A DNA stretch of 64,000 nt from IMG/VR virus record IMGVR_UViG_3300029288_000090, positions 62,557 through 126,556 of that record; one strand, given 5' to 3'. A program made the position numbers and the translations under genes. This stretch comes from a virus. Lineage: Duplodnaviria; Caudoviricetes. A model generated the notes under the pieces. The model had not been told where the DNA came from. It searched no databases and saw only the letters and a program-made list of their open reading frames with translations. Positions 8,338 through 17,498 of this stretch are shown here, in pieces (position 1 is the first letter of the stretch; each line of letters begins with the position of its first letter).

Positions 8338-8814
8338 ATGAAAAGGTCAAGTCTATGGTGTATTCTGTTTATCTTCAGTATCTGCACCATGTGTGTGCTG
8401 GCAGTTCTTCCGGAATCTGATATTAATCGGGACGGGATCGTCAATCTGGAAGATCATGCGATTATGGCCAACGAATGGTTAGAGACAGGTTCACAGAGTT
8501 CTGCAGAATTTCGTCCCATTTGTAAAGCAGGAAAATATACAGGAGATGGATATGTATTCCATCCTATAGAGCTTGGGATATATCCTGTCCATGTTGTTAT
8601 TCGATCCAGTGAGCAAGCGGAAGGAAGAACTGGTGTTGAAATGATTAACATCGCTCCCTCTGCAGGGGTGGATAATATTAAATGGAACCAATCTAGTTCC
8701 ACTATTAGAGATGATTGTGGATTTTATGCCACTGGATTTTTTGTTGAAGGAGACGCAGCTCCTGTTAATAAAGCAGGAGTAGAATACTTTTATGTGGTAT
8801 ATGGATACAAATGA
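8338..8814 (+). CDS. secreted/membrane protein with a dockerin-like EF-hand motif
   Basis: Hydrophobic signal peptide; SDINRDGIVNLEDHAIMANEWL; then GKYTGDG..IELGIYP.VVI module. Confidence 0.65.
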   Translation: MKRSSLWCILFIFSICTMCVLAVLPESDINRDGIVNLEDHAIMANEWLETGSQSSAEFRPICKAGKYTGDGYVFHPIELGIYPVHVVIRSSEQAEGRTGVEMINIAPSAGVDNIKWNQSSSTIRDDCGFYATGFFVEGDAAPVNKAGVEYFYVVYGYK

Positions 8815-9104
8815 CAAAGAAAAAACAATCTAATCCAGATCCTCCAAAGGGAAAGAGACCCAAACCTCCTCCAGGTCCTCCACGTATAGTATCTCCTAGT
8901 AGATGGTATATTGCTATGAATATGAAAAAACGGATGGACGTAGATTTTTTTGGTTCTCGAATGCCTATTTCTTTTCCGGAAGGATGGGTAGGTGTTCTTC
9001 CAGTATACTCTTCCTTAGATGTTTTACAAGAACAAGAAGGAGATAACTGTCCGTTCACTTTGATTACGGAAGGTAAAAAAGATGATTTACGTCGTTCCGA
9101 TTGA
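8811..9104 (+). CDS. hypothetical protein, proline-rich N-terminus
   Basis: 97 aa ORF with an ATGA overlap. Confidence 0.55.
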   Translation: MTKKKQSNPDPPKGKRPKPPPGPPRIVSPSRWYIAMNMKKRMDVDFFGSRMPISFPEGWVGVLPVYSSLDVLQEQEGDNCPFTLITEGKKDDLRRSD

Positions 9105-10098
9105 ACCATTAGAAGAAAGATACTCCAGTCAGTGGAGAGAATGGTTCTATAGATTTTTTACTACTAAGAATGTTTCTCATACGTTTATAGACGGAATTCC
9201 TTTGACATCTACAATTGAAAGAGGAGCTTTTTTAGATGTTTGTGGAACTAATTACTATAAAGCATCACAATTGATGCAAATTTGTAAGTTAGTTCATGAA
9301 GGATCTATTAAGGAAGATGACATATTTCTATTTATGGACCTTTGGTTTCCTGGATTAGAAATGTTAGCTTATATGAAGTACGCTTTGGATCTTAAGTTTA
9401 GGATTACAGGGATGCTTCATGCAGGAACATATGACGAAAATGATTTTCTGACAAAGCATAATATGGGTATTTGGGGAAAACCATTGGAGGAGTCTTGGTT
9501 CACTTTTGTGAATGCAATATTTGTAGCAACGAAGTACCATAAAAGATTGTTGGAGGACGCCCGACAATGTTTTTCAAATTCTATTTACGTTACAGGATTT
9601 CCTATTTATCCTGATTTTGTTTCTAGAAATTTTAAGAAAGAAAATATCATTATTTTTCCACATCGTTTAGACAGAGAAAAGAGACCTGATAAGTTTGATA
9701 AGCTTAAATATGCTTTACAATGTAAATATCCAAATTGGCAATTTATTAAGAGTAAGGAAGTTTGTAAGACTAAGCATGAGTACTATAATCTTTTGGAAAG
9801 GGCTAAGGTAGCAATCTCTTTTGCAGAGCAGGAGACATGGGGTATAGCTATGCAGGAGGCATTATTCTGTGGATGTATTCCTATTGTTCCTGATCGATTG
9901 AGTTATGAAGAAATGTATCCAAAATGTTTTAGGTATTATAATTTTAGTACATCCACAAATAGTGCTGTTTCTCTTGTAGAATGGGCAATGAAAGAGTACG
10001 ATATCATTAAACGTACATCGTGGGAAACAACTAAAGACGAGTTGGAAATGAAGGGAAGAAATGCTCTAGATTCTATTTTCTATCATCTCTTGAGATAA
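9082..10098 (+). CDS. glycosyltransferase (GT-B, GT4-like)
   Basis: IIFPHRLDREKRPD, YYNLLERAKVAISFAEQETWGIAMQEA..CGCIPIVPD.LSY.E. Confidence 0.88.
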   Translation: MIYVVPIEPLEERYSSQWREWFYRFFTTKNVSHTFIDGIPLTSTIERGAFLDVCGTNYYKASQLMQICKLVHEGSIKEDDIFLFMDLWFPGLEMLAYMKYALDLKFRITGMLHAGTYDENDFLTKHNMGIWGKPLEESWFTFVNAIFVATKYHKRLLEDARQCFSNSIYVTGFPIYPDFVSRNFKKENIIIFPHRLDREKRPDKFDKLKYALQCKYPNWQFIKSKEVCKTKHEYYNLLERAKVAISFAEQETWGIAMQEALFCGCIPIVPDRLSYEEMYPKCFRYYNFSTSTNSAVSLVEWAMKEYDIIKRTSWETTKDELEMKGRNALDSIFYHLLR

Positions 10099-10110
10099 GG
10101 AGAGAGTTAC

Positions 10111-11265
10111 GTGATTTCTGGTGTTCAACGAATATACATGGCTAATATGTTGACGTCTGGTTCAGTCAAGGATCGGGAACATTTTCTTTCTGTTTTAATG
10201 AAGGGGGAGATGCATACTTTAGAGACATATTGGAAGACAAATGCTGTTAAGAAGCTTTTGGATGAGAACCCAAAGTTAGTCATATTCTTGGATTCTGGAG
10301 CTCACAGTTTATTGAATGTTCATGCCAGGAACCAAGCAGAAGAGGAAGGTCAGGAGAAGTCAGATCATATTGAAGTTGATTTAGATGACTTTTATGAATT
10401 AGATACCAATACTAGAGTATTTCATTCTGCAAAGAAGTTTTGGATGCAACATACTAAAGTGACCAAATTTGCCGGTATGAAGAGTGGGGCCTCCAAACTT
10501 ATGAAGTCCTTTGACTTTGCTGATAAGAAAGAGGTAAAGGATTATTTAAATACTTATATAGAGTTTTGTCATAAGTATAAAACACAATGTGATCCTTATG
10601 TCAATTTGGATATTATTTTTAATCCAGAGAAGACATGGGAGAATCAAAAGTATATGGAGTCCCATGGACTTCAACCTCTTCCTGTTTTTCATTTTGGAGA
10701 AGATTTTAAATGGTTAGATAAGTATGTTGATAATTATCCTTATATAGGTATATCAGGATTAGGTTCGGATATTCAGAAGAAATCGTATTTTCAATCCTTT
10801 GGGGATAAAGTATTTAAACGATTAAGTCAATCTAAACAGATGATTAAGGTGCATGGATTTGCAGCCACATCTTTTGACTTAATAAAGCGATATCCTTGGT
10901 ATAGTATAGATTCAACTACATGGATTAAGCATGCAGCATACGGATCCGTTATGGTTCCTCCATATGAAAATGCAACAGGAAATTTTCTATATGCTGCTAT
11001 ACCTACAATTGTTCGTGTGAGTAGTCGAATCAACGTCAAGCAGACTAGAACTAAGAAGGGAGGATCATTCAGAGATACATTTACAGGGAAGGAACTGGAG
11101 ACCATTCTTCATTACTTCGAGGTTGCAGGAGTAGAAGAAGGTAAGCTTTCTGAAAGTCTTTTTGAAAGATGTAAGGCTAATCTTCATTATTATAAACAAC
11201 TTCAAAGGATAGGTGTTCAGGTTGATGAAGACGTTTATCTAAATAGTTCTAAGAGTTTCTTTTGA
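10111..11265 (+). CDS. dpdA: DNA guanine transglycosylase (TGT-like DpdA)
   Basis: IFLDSGAHS, NLDII, PLPVFHFGE, YIGISGL, KVHGFA, RYPWYSIDSTTW; located in a cluster with queE. Confidence 0.85.
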   Translation: MISGVQRIYMANMLTSGSVKDREHFLSVLMKGEMHTLETYWKTNAVKKLLDENPKLVIFLDSGAHSLLNVHARNQAEEEGQEKSDHIEVDLDDFYELDTNTRVFHSAKKFWMQHTKVTKFAGMKSGASKLMKSFDFADKKEVKDYLNTYIEFCHKYKTQCDPYVNLDIIFNPEKTWENQKYMESHGLQPLPVFHFGEDFKWLDKYVDNYPYIGISGLGSDIQKKSYFQSFGDKVFKRLSQSKQMIKVHGFAATSFDLIKRYPWYSIDSTTWIKHAAYGSVMVPPYENATGNFLYAAIPTIVRVSSRINVKQTRTKKGGSFRDTFTGKELETILHYFEVAGVEEGKLSESLFERCKANLHYYKQLQRIGVQVDEDVYLNSSKSFF

Positions 11266-11275
11266 GGTGTAATGT

Positions 11276-11635
11276 ATGGACTTTACTAAATTGACTAATT
11301 TAGGTCAGACTATTCAAGTTAAAGGGATTAGAACGCCTATATCTCATTATGATTTTGATCCTGCTGAAGTTGTTGTAACAATAGTAGTGGAGCTTCAAGA
11401 GAACTATGAAAAGGAGAAAGTTCCCTGCCTCCATATTGTTGAAGGTGGAGTTACAGGATATGAGTCTTTTTATATTAAAAAAGATAGTATTAAACGTCTT
11501 GAAGGCCAAGAATGGACTGCTTGTATGGGAACAAGAGGACGGCGGGATGTGTTAGCTATTCCATGGACTAGCATGAAACAGGTGTACAATTTTTACAATT
11601 TATGGAGTTTATTAGATAATGTCAATCAAGCGTAA
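11276..11635 (+). CDS. hypothetical protein
   Basis: 119 aa ORF with GAGGTG RBS. Confidence 0.6.
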   Translation: MDFTKLTNLGQTIQVKGIRTPISHYDFDPAEVVVTIVVELQENYEKEKVPCLHIVEGGVTGYESFYIKKDSIKRLEGQEWTACMGTRGRRDVLAIPWTSMKQVYNFYNLWSLLDNVNQA

Positions 11636-12659
11636 GAAACTTATTGAGGACCTTCAAGTTGTAGCTAATTCTTTGGGAACAAGTGGATTTATTCTTGCCT
11701 TCCAATGTTTTCATATTAAGCACAATGTTTTGTTTGCTACTGATGGTGCAACTTCTATCAAAAAAACACTGGAGTATGATACGGGAGTCGATTGTTCTAT
11801 TTTTGGGATGGCTTTTCTGACAACCTTGCAGAATATAAAGAATGAGGATATAACCCTGGAACAAGAAAACAATAAACTTATTCTTGTGGCTGAAAAGATA
11901 GAAGGCGAATTTACAATTGTTTCTGAAGCTAAAGGAGTTAAAATTCCTTCCTATACTCCACAGGAATCAGTAGATATGTTATTTGAAGAAGGGTTTATGA
12001 AGGCTTTGGGAGAATGTAAGTTTGCAGCTTCTCGAGATGAAACGCAAGGTTCATTGTGTGGTGTATATGTTGATGAAAAATATGTTTACGCAACAGATCG
12101 TTTTCAGATTATGCGTCATACTATTGGCTATGATTGTGAGACAAAGGGAATGATTTTCCCGATCAAACTCATTGAAATTCTTGAGAAGGTTTGGACTAAG
12201 GATAGTACTATTCGGGTTGTGAAGGGGGATACTATTCTTGTTTTTGTAGATTCTAGTACAGTTTTGGAGGGATGTACACTTTCTGGCAAATTTCCTTTAG
12301 TTGCTGAACAATTTGTTGATTTTGGTGATCTTTGTGCAGTAGGATTTGATAGAACAAGTCTTAAGGAAGTTATCGAAAGACATATTGTTTTTCAAAAGGG
12401 AGTTTTGGATATAGACCGTTCCACAACTATAGAGTTGGAGGGAGTCAAAGCTTACTTACAAACAGTAGATCCAAATGTAGGGAGTTTAGTTGAGGAGGTT
12501 GATATTATACAATCCTTTAATGACTTAGTCAGTTTTAAGATCAACCCTGTTTTCTTAAAAATGGCTATCAAAGAAGGAAGTGAATTGTTCTTCAGTCCTT
12601 CCAATGAGTTAATTTTAATCCGTTCTAAAAACTTTGAATATCTAGCAAAGATTCGATAA
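11619..12659 (+). CDS. dnaN: DNA polymerase III beta subunit-like sliding clamp
   Basis: LFATDG, FAASRDET...LCGVYV...ATDRFQ, GKFP, FKINPVFL; 346 aa. Confidence 0.85.
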   Translation: MSIKRKKLIEDLQVVANSLGTSGFILAFQCFHIKHNVLFATDGATSIKKTLEYDTGVDCSIFGMAFLTTLQNIKNEDITLEQENNKLILVAEKIEGEFTIVSEAKGVKIPSYTPQESVDMLFEEGFMKALGECKFAASRDETQGSLCGVYVDEKYVYATDRFQIMRHTIGYDCETKGMIFPIKLIEILEKVWTKDSTIRVVKGDTILVFVDSSTVLEGCTLSGKFPLVAEQFVDFGDLCAVGFDRTSLKEVIERHIVFQKGVLDIDRSTTIELEGVKAYLQTVDPNVGSLVEEVDIIQSFNDLVSFKINPVFLKMAIKEGSELFFSPSNELILIRSKNFEYLAKIR

Positions 12660-12660
12660 G

Positions 12661-15600
12661 ATGGCACAAAAAGCTTTTTTTGTAGACGAAAGAGAACTCC
12701 TAGCTATTGAGCAGGAGAAACAAAAACAAGAGAAGAAGAAATTATCTAAATCTTCTAGGACCTCCAAAAAGAAGATATATAACTGCTCTACTTGCGGATT
12801 AGATAAAACCTGTCGCAGTCCTGATATGCAAAGATATGGAAAATGTAGAGCAGGAATTATGTTTGTTGGTATAGCTCCTGGAGCTGAAGAAGATAAAAAC
12901 GATATTCCTTTTGTAGGACCTTCTGGAGAATTCTTACGTCAGACATTAGTAGATTTAAATATAGATTTAGATGAGGATTGTTCAAGAACTAATATTGTTC
13001 GCTGTAAACTTCCAAAGAATAGAAATCCTAAAAGGGACGAAATCCTGAGCTGTCAATCCAAACTGATTCAAGATATAGAAGAAGTCCGTCCAAGATTGAT
13101 TATAACGTTGGGAAAAGAACCTACAAACGTTTTGTTTAGATATTTGGGAAAAGGAACTCCAGGACTTGGTTTGACACATGGATTAGTTTTTCCTATTCAA
13201 AAATGGAAGTGTTGGTTATCTAGTACGTTTCATCCAGCAGCTATCTTGAGAGAAAGAGATGGTCGTCATCAGAAGGTAGTAGGAAGAGATAAAATATTTG
13301 CCTTTGATATAGATGATGCTATATTTTATTCTGAAAGAGAGTTTCCAAAGATTTTAAGTAGGGAAGGATGTATCCTTGTTCCAGATTCAGAAAGATGTAT
13401 AGAAGTTTTGGAAAGGATGTCTCAGTCGAAAGATCCTGTTTCGTTCGATTATGAATGTACCTGTATTTCGGCTTTTGATAAAGATGCTAGGCTACTAACG
13501 GTAGGTGTCAGTAATGATCCGGAAATAGGGTATTGTATTCCTATTGGAATGAATAGATGGAATGAAGTAGAAGTAGCTCACGTTTACCTGGCTTTGCGTA
13601 AATTTTTAGCCAGTGATGCTCCAAAAGTTGTTCAGAACTACAATATGGAGGAGCTTTGGAGTAGGATTCATGTAGGGCAGGGTATGAATAATTTATGCTG
13701 TGATACTATGGTAGCTCATCATGTTGTTTACTGTAGAAAGAAAACAGCAGATTTGGATTTTCAAGTTGGGCTTTTAACGGGAGATGACTACAAGGGAATG
13801 GTAAATACTAAAAGAATGTCAGAGGAACCTATTGAGAAAATAGGAATATATAATCCTTTAGATTCCAGATACACACTTCTTTCCTACAGAACTAATATAA
13901 AGAAGATGGATAGTGGACTTCGTGAATTCAATGATCTTCTGACCAGGGGTGTTGTTACTATGGCTAATCTAAAAGAACGAGGAGTCAGAATAGATCAACG
14001 CTTGCTAAATACGTTAAAGGATAATGCACAGGACGAAGTAAAAGAACTATCAGATTCTCTTATGCTTTGTAAAGCATGCAGGAAGTATGAAAAAGAAACT
14101 GGAAGTGCTTTAAACGTTCGTTCGGGGGATCAATTAGCAAAGCTCTTATTTACGATCTATGGAGATAAATCTATAAAGACAACAAGCGGAGGAAAACCTT
14201 GTACGGATGCAGAAGTTATTGAGAAGCTTTATGCTAAAACGAAAAAGGAGGAGATTCGAACTTTTCTGAAGATTCTTATAGATCTTAAAAAGGTGCAAAG
14301 TTTTTCTGATAAGATAGATAATTTTAGGAAACATATTTGTTCTGATGGGAAGATCCATCCTTCATTTCATTTGGATGTCGCAGAGACATACAGGAGTTGT
14401 ATTGCTGAAGGAACTAATATAGAAGTAGTTAGAGATGTTAATAGATATCCTAAAGGTATTCCTATAGAACATGTTAAAGAAGGAGATTATGTTTATTGCT
14501 ATAATAGTAATTTAGATGTCTGTATTAAAAAAGTTTTATGGGCAGGAAAAACAGGTCATAAAGAAATTATTCGTCTTCATTGGGAATCTTCTAGAGGAAC
14601 AAAAGGTTATTTAGACGTAACACCAGAACACAAAGTTAGATTAGTAGACGGAACTTATCTAGAAGCTAAGTATTTGAACAATAGAAATGTAAGAAGTGGT
14701 AAACAAAATAAGCACGTTCCAGGAGTCCAGGTTCTATCACTTGGGCGAATGGGAGATAATGTTGTACAAACTGGTAAGCATTTTGGTTTGTTGGATCATC
14801 GTCTTGTGTATGAAAATGTAAACAATACTATTTTACCCAAACATATGGTTATCCATCATATTGACGGTAATCATTATAATAACGTACCTTCTAATCTTAT
14901 AGCAAAGGCTAGAAGTGATCATTCACTATTACATTGTACTTTTAATGAAGAGAGTAGAAAGAAAGCGTTATCTAATAGAAGAAAAAATGTCGAATTAGGT
15001 TTAACTAAATTAGGAAGAACTGGCGAAGAAAACGGGAATTGGATTTCGTTTTCTAAATTTTCTTTCTTGCGATTACTTGCTGAACATTCTGGAAAAGTAA
15101 CGTCTATTGATTTAGAACATGGAACTATACAATCTAAAGCGAAACTTTTTTCTATAAATCTTAAAAATGTTAAGGATAGATACACAAAGGAGGGTTACTA
15201 TATCTCTTTGGGTAAATTAAAGGGATTATATACTAAAGGACATGACTATGCTTGTCATGTTCTTCGTGTCAATCCTTATAAATTGCGTAGATTGTATGAA
15301 CAAAGAGATTTAGAATGGAATACTCCTAGGAAGTGGGCAAATCAATATGGAACGTTTAGTGTTAATAATCACAAAATTGTTGACGTTGAGATCTTGAATA
15401 CTTCTGTCAATGTTTACGATATAGAAGTTGAGGGGGAACATAATTTTATAGCAAATGAAATATGTGTACATAACTCATCTTCAGATCCTAATTTTCAAAA
15501 CGTTCCTAAACACGATGATCTTCTTAAACTAATCAGGGAGTGCATTATTCCGAGTCCGGGTAATGTATTCTTGGAGGTTGATTATGACGGATTAGAGGTT

Positions 15601-16263
15601 CGTGGAATAGCAATGAACTCCAATGACAGAACTCTAATCAATGAGATTAAAGGAGGAGACTCTTCTGATACACATCGTTTATGGGCATCTAAGATTTTTG
15701 AGGTTCCATTTGCAAAGGTAGATAAGGAGCAACGATTTTTAGGAAAGAACAAGTTTGTATTTCCTTCTTTTTACGGAGCACAGCCGTTTTCCATTGCTAA
15801 TTCTCTGAAGATGGAGGAGGCATATATTAAAGGGAAATGGGATGAATTTTGGAGACTTTACAAAGACGTCAAGAAATGGCAAGATAACGTCAGAGCGTTT
15901 TACGAAGAGTATGGGTATATAAGAGGTTTATCAGGATATAGGAGATTTGGACCGCTTTCTGTAGAACAGCTATATAATACGCCAGTTCAAGGAATTTCAT
16001 TCCATCTTGCATTAGATGCTTTAATTAGAATAGATGGGATGTTAATAGGAAAGTTAAGACGGCAAGGACTTAGGGCTGTTCCTATTGTTCAAGTTCATGA
16101 TAGTATTCTCTTTGATTGTCCTATCAATGAGATCCAAGAGGTTGTAGGAGTTGTCTCTGAAATTATGAAATCCAAACGGTTTGAATGGCAATTAGACGTT
16201 CCTCTTAGTGTCAGTTGGGAAAAAGGAGAGGATTGGCTGAATATGAAAAAACTTGTAGTATAA
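12661..16263 (+). CDS. polA: family A DNA polymerase with N-terminal uracil-DNA glycosylase (family 4-like) domain, 3'-5' exonuclease and an intein
   Basis: UDG: CSTC..C, IMFVGIAPG.EED...PFVGPSG, TNIVRC, TFHPAA. Exonuclease: FDYEC. Polymerase: SSSDPNFQN, DYDGLEVR, R..GK..F..FYG, VHDSI. Confidence 0.93.
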   Translation: MAQKAFFVDERELLAIEQEKQKQEKKKLSKSSRTSKKKIYNCSTCGLDKTCRSPDMQRYGKCRAGIMFVGIAPGAEEDKNDIPFVGPSGEFLRQTLVDLNIDLDEDCSRTNIVRCKLPKNRNPKRDEILSCQSKLIQDIEEVRPRLIITLGKEPTNVLFRYLGKGTPGLGLTHGLVFPIQKWKCWLSSTFHPAAILRERDGRHQKVVGRDKIFAFDIDDAIFYSEREFPKILSREGCILVPDSERCIEVLERMSQSKDPVSFDYECTCISAFDKDARLLTVGVSNDPEIGYCIPIGMNRWNEVEVAHVYLALRKFLASDAPKVVQNYNMEELWSRIHVGQGMNNLCCDTMVAHHVVYCRKKTADLDFQVGLLTGDDYKGMVNTKRMSEEPIEKIGIYNPLDSRYTLLSYRTNIKKMDSGLREFNDLLTRGVVTMANLKERGVRIDQRLLNTLKDNAQDEVKELSDSLMLCKACRKYEKETGSALNVRSGDQLAKLLFTIYGDKSIKTTSGGKPCTDAEVIEKLYAKTKKEEIRTFLKILIDLKKVQSFSDKIDNFRKHICSDGKIHPSFHLDVAETYRSCIAEGTNIEVVRDVNRYPKGIPIEHVKEGDYVYCYNSNLDVCIKKVLWAGKTGHKEIIRLHWESSRGTKGYLDVTPEHKVRLVDGTYLEAKYLNNRNVRSGKQNKHVPGVQVLSLGRMGDNVVQTGKHFGLLDHRLVYENVNNTILPKHMVIHHIDGNHYNNVPSNLIAKARSDHSLLHCTFNEESRKKALSNRRKNVELGLTKLGRTGEENGNWISFSKFSFLRLLAEHSGKVTSIDLEHGTIQSKAKLFSINLKNVKDRYTKEGYYISLGKLKGLYTKGHDYACHVLRVNPYKLRRLYEQRDLEWNTPRKWANQYGTFSVNNHKIVDVEILNTSVNVYDIEVEGEHNFIANEICVHNSSSDPNFQNVPKHDDLLKLIRECIIPSPGNVFLEVDYDGLEVRGIAMNSNDRTLINEIKGGDSSDTHRLWASKIFEVPFAKVDKEQRFLGKNKFVFPSFYGAQPFSIANSLKMEEAYIKGKWDEFWRLYKDVKKWQDNVRAFYEEYGYIRGLSGYRRFGPLSVEQLYNTPVQGISFHLALDALIRIDGMLIGKLRRQGLRAVPIVQVHDSILFDCPINEIQEVVGVVSEIMKSKRFEWQLDVPLSVSWEKGEDWLNMKKLVV
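14398..15474 (+). mobile_element. intein (359 aa) with HNH homing endonuclease in polA
   Basis: Begins CIAEGT, block B VTPEHKV, HNH HRLVYE..IHHIDGNHYNNVPSNL, ends VYDIEVEGEHNFIANEICVHN/S; removal restores TYRSSSSDPNFQN. Confidence 0.93.
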
Positions 16264-16285
16264 ATTAAAATTTTAAGAAGGTTTT

Positions 16286-16303
16286 GTATATATTATTTAT
16301 GTA
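16286..16303 (+). promoter_or_regulatory. repeated phage promoter-like motif, copy 3
   Basis: GTATATATTATTTATGTA in the polA-dnaX intergenic gap. Confidence 0.5.
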
Positions 16304-16368
16304 CAATTAGGAGTATATTGGTGAATAGAAAAGAATTGTTAAAATTTATGGAGGAGTGATTAAATCTA

Positions 16369-17310
16369 ATGTTGTATCAGAAGATTCGACCAACAGAACT
16401 AAAAGATATATGTGGTAATGATGCTACAGTAGCTTCTATCACAGATATGTTGGAGCAATCTCCTTCCAACCGTCCACATTCTTTTCTTTTGTGTGGTCCA
16501 AGTGGATGTGGAAAAACAACACTAGCCAGGATCATGGCTGTTAAAATGGGATGTGAGGAATTAGGGATTGAAGAGTTAAATGCAGCTAATACACGTGGTA
16601 TTGATTCAATCCGTCTTATTGCTCAGAATGCAGCAATCAAACCCCTTACAGGGAAAGCCAAGTGTTATATACTGGATGAGAGTCATCAGTTAACCAGTGC
16701 AGCTCAGCAAGCATTACTCAAAGTTATTGAAGATGTTCCTGAACATTGCTACTTTTTCTTCTGCACAACAGAACCGCAGAATCTAATTAAGACAATTAAG
16801 AATCGGTGTACAACCTATCAGGTAGAATTTTTGGGGAGAAAAGGAATTGTTAAAATTCTTCAATCTGCTTTGGAGAAAATAGAAGCAACTAAACCTTTGG
16901 ATCATTTGGAGGCTATTGCAGCTGTTTGTGAGGGATCTCCAAGAGCAGCTTTGGTTTTACTAGAACAAATTCTTTTTATAGAAGATGAAGAAACAATTAT
17001 TGAAATTCTATCTCGAGGGACAAAGGAAGATAGTAATGTTTGGGAGTTGGTTAATCTTCTTTGCTCTGCTCCCAAAAATAGAAAAAAGAAGTTTAAGAGA
17101 GCTTTAGAAATTCATAAAACGTTGGACGCAGATTCTGAACAAGTAAGACGAACTATTTTATCATGTTTGTTGCAGAAATTAGAGAGTTGTGATGTAGAGG
17201 AAGATACAAGAGATTACGTTGAGTTAATTAAAATTTTTAGTCAATCTACGTACTATGGAGGTAAAGCACAATTAGGGGGAGAAATTGTGCAAGCCTGTTT
17301 TGTGGAATAA
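16369..17310 (+). CDS. dnaX: clamp loader, DNA Pol III gamma/tau-like AAA+ ATPase
   Basis: LYQKIRP, GPSGCGKTTLAR, ELNAANTRGID, ILDESHQL, FCTTEP, TIKNRC, GSPRAAL. Confidence 0.88.
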   Translation: MLYQKIRPTELKDICGNDATVASITDMLEQSPSNRPHSFLLCGPSGCGKTTLARIMAVKMGCEELGIEELNAANTRGIDSIRLIAQNAAIKPLTGKAKCYILDESHQLTSAAQQALLKVIEDVPEHCYFFFCTTEPQNLIKTIKNRCTTYQVEFLGRKGIVKILQSALEKIEATKPLDHLEAIAAVCEGSPRAALVLLEQILFIEDEETIIEILSRGTKEDSNVWELVNLLCSAPKNRKKKFKRALEIHKTLDADSEQVRRTILSCLLQKLESCDVEEDTRDYVELIKIFSQSTYYGGKAQLGGEIVQACFVE

Positions 17311-17315
17311 ATTAT

Positions 17316-17498
17316 ATGAATCTTTCTACGGATACTATTTTTATTTACTTATGTATAGGTGTTGTAGGTATACTCACGTGTACCGTTTTATCATATTATA
17401 TCGTTAAAGCTGTTATATTGGCTTACTATGAAGTCAAACTATTTTACACACAGAAGTTGAAGGAGATTTCAAATGGTAGACAGAAGAAAAGCGATTGA
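17316..17498 (+). CDS. small membrane protein
   Basis: 60 aa with one hydrophobic helix. Confidence 0.55.
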   Translation: MNLSTDTIFIYLCIGVVGILTCTVLSYYIVKAVILAYYEVKLFYTQKLKEISNGRQKKSD

